Of a stretch of DNA of 48,364 nt, positions 37,273-44,788 are shown one piece after another. The translations under genes and the position numbers were made by a program. The notes under the pieces are model-generated. The model was not told where the DNA came from. It saw only the letters and a program-made list of their open reading frames with translations, and did not search any database. Source of the DNA: Polyangia bacterium. Its GTDB lineage: Bacteria > Myxococcota_A > Polyangia > Palsa-1104 > JAEUJZ01. Numbering within the stretch: the stretch's first letter is position 1; each line of letters opens with the position of its first letter. The stretch spans positions 78,725-127,088 of the forward strand of contig JBGAUT010000014.1 in the NCBI GenBank assembly GCA_044228505.1. The letters run 5' to 3'.

Positions 37273-38073
37273 GTGCCTTCGCTCGTACAGCCAATTTCTG
37301 CAGATCCTCCCTCGCCGTCCTTGACCATCGATCGCTTGATGTCGCTTGGAGCCCTGGTAATACTGGGTGCCCAAGCCACGCTCGATCCACGCAGTGATCG
37401 TCTGGCAAGTAGCTGTGTGGCCCTCACCGCGCTACTCCTGGCACTCCTTGGCACACGGATTGGGAATGCGCCCAACCGCGTCATGACAACGCTGGTTGCG
37501 GCGCTGGTGGTGGCCCAGCAAGCAGTTCTACCTTGGCAACTCTCGATGGTCCTTGCCCTGCTGGCTGTGTTCGGAATCGGGAGAGCTTTCCCCTCGCAAC
37601 GTGTAAAAGCGCGCTGCTGGTCCAAAGGACAGACTCCCATCGTTTGGATCCTGTTCGTCGGTGGCGTGACTCCTTTCGCACTCTCTGCTTGGCTATTCCT
37701 TGCGCATCCCAACCTAAACGACCTCACCAGCTCGCCCCTACTGAAGATGCCCACGATCTGGTTGGTCTGCGGTAGCGTCTTGTTTTCGATCATCAATCCG
37801 GCCCTGGAGGAGCTGATCTGGCGCGGCGTGCTGCAAACCTATCTGCGTCCTCTGTGGGGAGTCCCGGTCAGCATCTGTCTGCAAGCACTGTCTTTTGGCG
37901 TGCAGCACCTTCACGGATTCCCTCGCGGGCCGATGGGAGTCCTGCTGGCGACCGTTTGGGCACTCATGCTCGGCATCCTGCGCCATCGCGCCCAGGGAGT
38001 ATGGGCTCCCTTCCTGGCTCACGTCGTAGCGGACGCCACGATCGCCATCTTGGTATTGAAATTTGTGCTCTAG
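37273..38073 (+). CDS. CPBP (CAAX protease / Abi) family intramembrane metalloprotease-like protein (266 aa)
   Basis: Multi-TM. All three CPBP motifs are present: EELIWRG (EExxxR), FGVQHLH (FxxxH), HVVAD (HxxxD/N). It lies 42 nt downstream of the PLC-like gene. Confidence 0.7.
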   Translation: MPSLVQPISADPPSPSLTIDRLMSLGALVILGAQATLDPRSDRLASSCVALTALLLALLGTRIGNAPNRVMTTLVAALVVAQQAVLPWQLSMVLALLAVFGIGRAFPSQRVKARCWSKGQTPIVWILFVGGVTPFALSAWLFLAHPNLNDLTSSPLLKMPTIWLVCGSVLFSIINPALEELIWRGVLQTYLRPLWGVPVSICLQALSFGVQHLHGFPRGPMGVLLATVWALMLGILRHRAQGVWAPFLAHVVADATIAILVLKFVL

Positions 38074-38078
38074 CCGCT

Positions 38079-40442
38079 CTACGGCGCTGGTTCAATACTG
38101 AGCCAATTCAGCATCGTGTATTCATTGAACTGACCCGCCTCGATCGTCACGTTGCCGTCTTTCACGTCCACGGTGACCGATGAAACGGCGTAGGAGTTCG
38201 TGGGTGTGGTGGCCACGTTATCGAACAGAACTTGGCCTTCGACCACGACTCGATTCTTGGCGTAAGACTTGCCTTGCCAGCCAATCGACACCGTCACTTT
38301 GTAACGACCGCTATCGATGTCCCAGTTGAACGTGTCCGTGCGTCCATAGTCGTTGTAGATGATGCTGCGCTGTAGCTCGTTGGGGGCGGTGGCTACGTAG
38401 GCATATTTCATGATCGTGGTGTTGCCAATGAACGGTCCAAACCAGCCGTAACCGCGCTTGGCATCATAGGCATCCCAGCCAACCTTCAACCATTCCTGAC
38501 CGTTTACAATGAGCGGACTCACCTTAGGGTCGGAAGCGGGATCTTGAAAGTTGATAAAATAGGGAGCACGTGGATGCGCTCCGAGCGGCTTGGAATCGAG
38601 CACCGGCCAGCCATTGACCTTCCCCTCAATCTTTAGACCAAGCTGATTGCGAAGATTCACTAGAGCGCTGCCATCACGAGTATATGCCGTCGGAGAGGAC
38701 ACCGCAGACTTCACTGTGGTATCAACCGCCGCGGCAACATCGGGAGTCTTGGGAAGCGTGCCACTGTTTGCGAGGAGGAAGTACTCGAAGTCTTCTGTTC
38801 CTTCGCGGAGTAGCTCCCAGCGAATCGAGCTGACCAGCTCGCCGTTCTTCGGTGGATAGAGTAGGAATCCATCCCCGTTCTGAGCGGTTCCCATTGGCCT
38901 GGGGTTGTTATACGGATCAGAGCCCCACCCCGTCGTCGAATAATACGCAAAGCCGGAGACTCGGTAATTCCAGGCACCCCAGAACGGAATTCGCGACTCC
39001 ACACCGCTGTGGTCGATCGTGATTGGATTGAAGTTCGGTGGCAAATCGCCATACAGGAAGTACCACCAGACACTCTCCCCTTTGCTCTGGCGTAGCTTGG
39101 CATAGTCTGGCTGAAACGCGGACAGATCCGCCATCCAGATGTCGTAGCTCTTCCCATTGGCCTTGGGATTCTCGGCAATCGCAGGCTTGGGCTCCTCTGA
39201 AACTGCAATCCGCAGGTTGGGTGCAGCGGTCTTAGACAAGCTCGCCAGATACGCGGCCAAGTCGGCATCCGCCTGATTCTGAGGCTCATTCTGAACGTAG
39301 TAGTAGCCCTTCCCTTGCCAGTTGTGAGCCACCAAGTAGGCGTCAATCGCTGATAGTAGCTTGCTCCACGCAGCGTTGTAGGCTGCCGTTCCATAATGGT
39401 CTGGACCTCGGGCAACCCCGCAGAACGGATCAGGACGCGGCGTGCTGTTGTTCACAAACTGCATGATCTGAAACGATGGGAATCCGGCTCCGTTCCAGTT
39501 CTTTCCGTCGATGTACTTTGGACCCAGTTGGCTGAAGTCGTACGGGTCGGTAGGAGTCTCCTTAAAGGTTCCGCTCGCGCAGTCGTAGTTGATTCCACCG
39601 TTGTAGTTCAGTCCCGCTGGCCACGAAACACTGGTGGGGGTCAAACGGTGTTCGTAAAAGAAGGTCTTCAGCTTCTCCACTTCCGCGAGGCTGGCACTGC
39701 CTCCCAATGCCTGAAAGCTCGAGTTCCACTGACCATCAAAGCCAATTCGGCGAGGCAGCGCGAAGTTGTAGACATGGAGCTTGATGGGAATGTTGACGCT
39801 GCCACCGCCACCATTGACCGTTAGCGTAGTTTGATAATCGCCCGGATTGGCACCCTCTGGTACGTAGACCGTGATCCAGAACGGTTGGTTCTGCGCGGCC
39901 GGAATGCTCTCTGCATTGCCCAACTTGCTCGGTTCCAGCGGGTCAGGAATGAAAGCACTCTTGATTGCACTCGCATCGGAGGGCTGGCTGATCTTCACAT
40001 AGCCAACCCGACGTACCTCGATGCGATCAATCGCGGCACCTCCTGGAGCAGCCCCAGCCGGCATAAACGGAGCCATGGTCAGCGTGACACTGCCCGCCAC
40101 GTCCGCACGAACCGCAATCTGAAAAGGTTCAAACTCATTTTTGGCCGCATAGAGCTGAATCTGTGGCAGATCGTTGGTGGGCGGAGTCGCTTCACGAAGA
40201 ATCTTATCTGTAGTTGGTGCGGTCCAAATTACAGCTCCACTTGGAGATGGCAGCCGCCCCACCATCGTTCCCGTGGGCGTGCAGTCCGTACAGATCGCGG
40301 GAGGATCCGGCGTGCCCGTCTCCGTGCTGCTGTTACAGGAGTTACCGAGCAGCGCCGCAGTCAGACCGAGCAGCATAGCGAAGCGCTGCACCCTCCACGT
40401 AGAAAACCGCTTCCTCGATAGCAAGGCAGTTCGTAGCCCCAT
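38079..40442 (-). CDS. Secreted lipoprotein (787 aa); glycoside-hydrolase-like (DUF4091-type) fold suspected
   Basis: Lipobox LLGNSC. Trp/Tyr/Asn/Gly-rich composition typical of carbohydrate-active enzymes. It is the last gene of the 5-gene minus-strand operon, 34 nt from the PLD gene. The family assignment is tentative. Confidence 0.4.
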   Translation of the reverse strand: MGLRTALLSRKRFSTWRVQRFAMLLGLTAALLGNSCNSSTETGTPDPPAICTDCTPTGTMVGRLPSPSGAVIWTAPTTDKILREATPPTNDLPQIQLYAAKNEFEPFQIAVRADVAGSVTLTMAPFMPAGAAPGGAAIDRIEVRRVGYVKISQPSDASAIKSAFIPDPLEPSKLGNAESIPAAQNQPFWITVYVPEGANPGDYQTTLTVNGGGGSVNIPIKLHVYNFALPRRIGFDGQWNSSFQALGGSASLAEVEKLKTFFYEHRLTPTSVSWPAGLNYNGGINYDCASGTFKETPTDPYDFSQLGPKYIDGKNWNGAGFPSFQIMQFVNNSTPRPDPFCGVARGPDHYGTAAYNAAWSKLLSAIDAYLVAHNWQGKGYYYVQNEPQNQADADLAAYLASLSKTAAPNLRIAVSEEPKPAIAENPKANGKSYDIWMADLSAFQPDYAKLRQSKGESVWWYFLYGDLPPNFNPITIDHSGVESRIPFWGAWNYRVSGFAYYSTTGWGSDPYNNPRPMGTAQNGDGFLLYPPKNGELVSSIRWELLREGTEDFEYFLLANSGTLPKTPDVAAAVDTTVKSAVSSPTAYTRDGSALVNLRNQLGLKIEGKVNGWPVLDSKPLGAHPRAPYFINFQDPASDPKVSPLIVNGQEWLKVGWDAYDAKRGYGWFGPFIGNTTIMKYAYVATAPNELQRSIIYNDYGRTDTFNWDIDSGRYKVTVSIGWQGKSYAKNRVVVEGQVLFDNVATTPTNSYAVSSVTVDVKDGNVTIEAGQFNEYTMLNWLSIEPAP

Positions 40443-40476
40443 TGGATACTCTCCTTTGACTGGATTCCCAGCGTTA

Positions 40477-41895
40477 CTAAGGCTTCAGTCCGACCCGCGC
40501 AAACAACCACAGCAAAAGTGAACACAGCCACATCCGAAGCAGCGCCACCATCCCACTTGGATGAGACAGCGGCATCGATCGTGGGAGTGCCCACAGTCTC
40601 TCAAAATGCGTCGCGAACGCCGCAATGACGGATGAGGAGCGGGTCTCCAAGTCCGTCTCTAGGTAGGCTCCGCTAAAAGAGTTTGGAGTGAAGTTCGCTT
40701 GCCCACCGATCAGCAGTGACTGCGGTCCCAACCTCACCACAGTCTTCAAATGCATCATCGCCCCATCCTTTGACTCGTGAATTTTTAGCTCAAAGCGCCC
40801 AGGAAATCGGGTCTGTAAGCGCCGCGCTTCACAGACTACCGAATGGTTCACCAAATTACAGGTCAGCCAGGAAGGAAGTGGAGGGAGAGGCAAAGCATGC
40901 AGGGAGTCAATGAGAACCCGCACGGTGCAGCCTCGAAGCAGCGCTGCTTCAATCGCAGAAAGCAGATCAAGATCCGAAAAGTATGCAGTCGCAATCAACA
41001 GCTCGTCTCCCGCTGAGCTGTCCTGAAGCAGCGTAGCAATCCGAGCACGTATCGCCTTGTTCTCGACAAGTTCACACGTTGGATCTGGAGCCACTTCAAT
41101 CGTTGCACCGCACGTCGTACGATCGATGGGTAGTGGATAATTCACAACAGTAGACAGAGAGGGAATCAAAGCAGTTGGAGGGCTGGGCGCAGAGCCAGGG
41201 TGAGTACTCGATAAGAGGCCTAGCAGCGTCTGGCGTTCATCTGGGTGCAGCTCCTGCGGGATCAGAAGGGCAGAGGACACCGCCCGCATCGCCACCTGCC
41301 ACAGATCGGTCGCAACCCGCCCCACCAGCCAGAACATATTTTCATGCCAGTCAAATGCCGGATCAAAGAAGTTGTGACTGGTGATCACTCCGACTCGGCC
41401 CCCATCGATGACGAGATTCTTGCGGTGATCCTCTAGGTTGTGCAGCGCTTGCCAGCGATTTTGTCGTTCTACCCAGTCCGATATCGGAACCGTCGCATGC
41501 TGCAGATGAAAGTTCATCGCCGACAGGAATCGAGGACGGTGATCAAACTCAGCCCCAAACAGGTTGGCATTCAGAACCAAGATTCCGGCTTCTCTAAGCT
41601 GCTTCCTGATGAGTGTTCCGCGTCTCCTTGTAAGCTGGGGATTGTCAGGGGTATTTGAGTCGAGCAGCACCACCGTCACAAGTGAAGGACTTTGGCGCTT
41701 CCTTGCAATCAACCAGCCGGCCACCGTCTCCGCATATGGAAAGGCACCATCCCGAGGCAGCAACAGCGTCTGGTCCCCGTTGCTTGCGAACAGATACATC
41801 TGCAACACGATGCTCTGTTCTGCCTTTTCGATGAGATCACGCACCGCAGACAAGATCGCGTGCTGGTCTCCCAGATAGCAAAGTTGCGATTCCAT
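40477..41895 (-). CDS. Phospholipase D / cardiolipin-synthase superfamily protein (472 aa) with a canonical first HKD motif, a degenerate second motif, and a C-terminal TM helix
   Basis: HKD-1: HRKNLVIDGGRVGVITSHNF (H-x-K-x4-D-x6-G-x-x-N). Second motif: MHLKTVVRLGPQSLLIGGQANFT keeps H-x-K but lacks the Asp. C-terminus VALLRMWLCSLLLWLFA. Confidence 0.65.
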   Translation of the reverse strand: MESQLCYLGDQHAILSAVRDLIEKAEQSIVLQMYLFASNGDQTLLLPRDGAFPYAETVAGWLIARKRQSPSLVTVVLLDSNTPDNPQLTRRRGTLIRKQLREAGILVLNANLFGAEFDHRPRFLSAMNFHLQHATVPISDWVERQNRWQALHNLEDHRKNLVIDGGRVGVITSHNFFDPAFDWHENMFWLVGRVATDLWQVAMRAVSSALLIPQELHPDERQTLLGLLSSTHPGSAPSPPTALIPSLSTVVNYPLPIDRTTCGATIEVAPDPTCELVENKAIRARIATLLQDSSAGDELLIATAYFSDLDLLSAIEAALLRGCTVRVLIDSLHALPLPPLPSWLTCNLVNHSVVCEARRLQTRFPGRFELKIHESKDGAMMHLKTVVRLGPQSLLIGGQANFTPNSFSGAYLETDLETRSSSVIAAFATHFERLWALPRSMPLSHPSGMVALLRMWLCSLLLWLFARVGLKP

Positions 41896-41904
41896 CGTTG
41901 GCGA

Positions 41905-42810
41905 TTAGGAAGCGTCGCGGAGTTGCCGGCGCAGAATCGTGGCCAGCAGCGAACCCAGAGCGATGGGCGACCGGTCCACTTTGTCCGCAAAGCTAGCCAT
42001 TCCCATTCGATCGGACTGACTGGGTCCACGATGAAGGAGTCGATGCTTCTGCATCGGGGTGAGACGCAGTTCGGACTCCGCAAGCTCAACCACCTGTTGC
42101 CAGGCACGCCGGGCTTTGAGATCCACAAAGGCGAGAAGTGGCAGTGTGATCGCTGTAGTGGCCGCACTCCTAAGCCGGGAATCTACGGTGTTGTTGTGAA
42201 CCAGAACCCGCGAGTCAATGGCGACATGGGGCTGTTCTTCCTTGGCGTGCAGCCGCATCACTTCGGCAATGATGGGAGCACACTGAGCGGGCTCTTTGTC
42301 GAGTGCGACCGGCACAAACAGCGTAATTTCCTCAAACAGCCAAGCCAGCAAAAAGAAGGATCCTACCGGTGCCAGGGCAACCGCCAGATCATCATCCAAT
42401 CCCCAGCGCAGAAATCGGAGAGCGGTGGTGGTGGTCGCTCTAGCGGTGTAAAGATCTGGACGAAGCATGACCAGCAGCTTCAGGAAGGCGTCAGAGTGCG
42501 CTTTCTCTTCGGCCACAAATCGATGGATTGCCGCGCTAGGAATCGCCGAGATCGCGTCTCCATTTCGTTCGAGATACTCGATCACATAGCGCTCAAAGTG
42601 GATAAACAGCTCACAGGTGAAACAGGCAAACAGCCGATTGAGCTGATGCCGCGCCGGCAGCCCGAGACCAAGACTCTCTACATCCATATAGTGTGACTCT
42701 GTGATGATCAGCCGATCCGTGGGAATGGGAGTCGACCAGTCGAGGCGATCCCAGCGCCGTCTGACGAGATCAATCAAGCGTCCTTGTACTTCGCCGTGAT
42801 CAGAATGCAT
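41905..42810 (-). CDS. AurF-like non-heme diiron oxygenase family protein (301 aa); candidate N-oxygenase
   Basis: Carboxylate/His ligand pattern E...E-x2-H twice (VAEEKAH; HAKEEQPH) plus additional Glu-bearing helices (ITESHYMDVESL, FIHFERYVIEYLE, LFEEITLF). It overlaps the AsnB-like gene by 11 nt. Confidence 0.45.
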   Translation of the reverse strand: MHSDHGEVQGRLIDLVRRRWDRLDWSTPIPTDRLIITESHYMDVESLGLGLPARHQLNRLFACFTCELFIHFERYVIEYLERNGDAISAIPSAAIHRFVAEEKAHSDAFLKLLVMLRPDLYTARATTTTALRFLRWGLDDDLAVALAPVGSFFLLAWLFEEITLFVPVALDKEPAQCAPIIAEVMRLHAKEEQPHVAIDSRVLVHNNTVDSRLRSAATTAITLPLLAFVDLKARRAWQQVVELAESELRLTPMQKHRLLHRGPSQSDRMGMASFADKVDRSPIALGSLLATILRRQLRDAS

Positions 42811-44782
42811 GACTTTGTCCTATGAAAGAAAATGGATGGTCAGGTTGTGACTGCGGTGCCGACCAGCTCGGTAGCTCACACAGACCACCCCCCAAAAACA
42901 AATGGTGCCAAAGCTGGGTCATCACCATCGTGGTGTAGCTACCATCCACCACAAATCGCCTCGGCACAGACGCGGGAAGGAGTCTCTGCAAGGACTGCTC
43001 GTGTTGAACTTTCTCAACGGAAAAGTAGCCGGTCCGCCGCAGAGACTCTGGGCTCACCAGTTGGTCGATCCATCGTGGCGTTGGACCGAGTAAACTCAGT
43101 GAGTTGGCCTTGAACATACTTTTGGGAGGATTGGCGATGTCCTTGGGAAGCACCCTGGCTGCCAGCTTTCTCAGCAGCCATTTTTCACGCAGCCCACGCA
43201 GCTTGTACCGTGGAGACAGACGGCTCGAAAAGTCGATGAAGTCCTCATCCAAAAATGGATATCTCGCCTCGACGCTAGAATGCATCGAAACACGATCCCC
43301 TTTGCCGAGCAGCAGATGCCCCGGAAGCATCAGCTTGTACTCGATGTACAGGGACTGATGCAGCGGGTCCCAATGCTTCATCCGATCCGGCAAGATGTCG
43401 AGTTCTGTGAACGGATTGTGATCCCTCACAGAGTCTGCCATCGCGTCAGAGTAGAGTAGCCAGCGCGCCCGCGACAGCGGTTCGTATAGATCAAGCAAGC
43501 TGGGACGCAGCGCCCCAAAGTGATTCCCAAACCCTGGCTCGGGAGTGCCCGGAGTCGAAAGCCATGACAAGCCTCTGCGTAGCCAATCCGGAATACTGCG
43601 ATGTACTCCAGCCAAGGCCCGCAGCAGGCTCGCCGTCTTGTGCCAGACGTAGCCACCCATTGCTTCATCGGCGCCTTCTCCGGTCAGAACAACCTTGAAC
43701 CCCCGCGCCGCCACCCGTTCTGCCAAGAGCAGCAGACAAGCATTGGCGGTATCCATGATCGGTCCCTCAACCGCCGTGATGACCCGTGGCAGTGTCTGGA
43801 GAATCTGCAGCGGAGATGGGATCAGAACCTCCAGCTCGGCTCCCAGTTGTGCCGCCGAGCGAATCGATCGGGGCCGTTCATCCGGACCGGCACCATCAAA
43901 TCCGACCGTGAAGGTGGTCATCGGTTGGGCGGGACGCAGGGCTTTGGCAATTCCTACAATCAGCGTGGAATCCAGTCCTCCGCTTAGGTAGCTGGCCACG
44001 GGACCGTCGGAAGCAAAGCGGCGCGAGACGGCCGTAGACAGACACGCGGACAGCTCGTCCACCAAGCGCGACTCTGACTCCACCACCCGCTCTTCCCCGG
44101 CCTTTGGGAAGTTGAGATCCCAATACCTGTGCACCTGGAGCTGTCCCTGTTTTACCCGCACATAGTGGCCAGGTAACAGAGAATAGACATTCCGAAATGC
44201 GGTTCGCTTGGTGCCCGCTGCAAACAGCGAAAACACATGATCCAGTCCTGCCAGATCTGCTTCGGCCGTGATCAATCCAGAGGCCAGGAGTCCCTTGATC
44301 TCTGACGACCACAGCAGCATTCCATCAGCCACGGTGTAATAGAGCGGACAGATTCCGATGCGATCCCGCGCCAATAGCAACGTCCTTTCGGCACTGTCCC
44401 ACATGGCGACCGCAAACTGTCCTCGCACCCGCTCAAACGCTGCGACACCTGCGGCCACGTAGAGTGCCGGCCAGATCTCGGTATCACAGCGCGAACGAAA
44501 TCCGTGGCCCAGTGAAATCAGCTCGCTGCGTAGCTCGGACGCGTTAAAGATTTCACCATTTTGGGACGCCCAGACTCGGCCAGATACGTCGCTAAGAGGC
44601 TGTCTACCATGCTCGATATCCTGAATCGAGAGCCGCTGCGTGGCCATCGCAATTCCCTTGGCTGCCCATGCAAAGGAATCATCCGGACCCCTGTGCTGAA
44701 GGCTCCTCGCCATCCGCCACAGACGCTCTCCGGACAGCGTTCGCTGCTCGCGCAGATCATGAGCACCAACAATTCCGCACAT
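42800..44782 (-). CDS. Asparagine-synthetase-like class II glutamine amidotransferase / amide synthetase (AsnB family), 660 aa
   Basis: N-terminal nucleophile MCGIVG. PP-loop SYLSGGLDSTLIV. Asn-synthase domain length. It is 6 nt from the upstream gene. Confidence 0.85.
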   Translation of the reverse strand: MCGIVGAHDLREQRTLSGERLWRMARSLQHRGPDDSFAWAAKGIAMATQRLSIQDIEHGRQPLSDVSGRVWASQNGEIFNASELRSELISLGHGFRSRCDTEIWPALYVAAGVAAFERVRGQFAVAMWDSAERTLLLARDRIGICPLYYTVADGMLLWSSEIKGLLASGLITAEADLAGLDHVFSLFAAGTKRTAFRNVYSLLPGHYVRVKQGQLQVHRYWDLNFPKAGEERVVESESRLVDELSACLSTAVSRRFASDGPVASYLSGGLDSTLIVGIAKALRPAQPMTTFTVGFDGAGPDERPRSIRSAAQLGAELEVLIPSPLQILQTLPRVITAVEGPIMDTANACLLLLAERVAARGFKVVLTGEGADEAMGGYVWHKTASLLRALAGVHRSIPDWLRRGLSWLSTPGTPEPGFGNHFGALRPSLLDLYEPLSRARWLLYSDAMADSVRDHNPFTELDILPDRMKHWDPLHQSLYIEYKLMLPGHLLLGKGDRVSMHSSVEARYPFLDEDFIDFSSRLSPRYKLRGLREKWLLRKLAARVLPKDIANPPKSMFKANSLSLLGPTPRWIDQLVSPESLRRTGYFSVEKVQHEQSLQRLLPASVPRRFVVDGSYTTMVMTQLWHHLFLGGGLCELPSWSAPQSQPDHPFSFIGQSHAF

Positions 44783-44788
44783 GATTCC

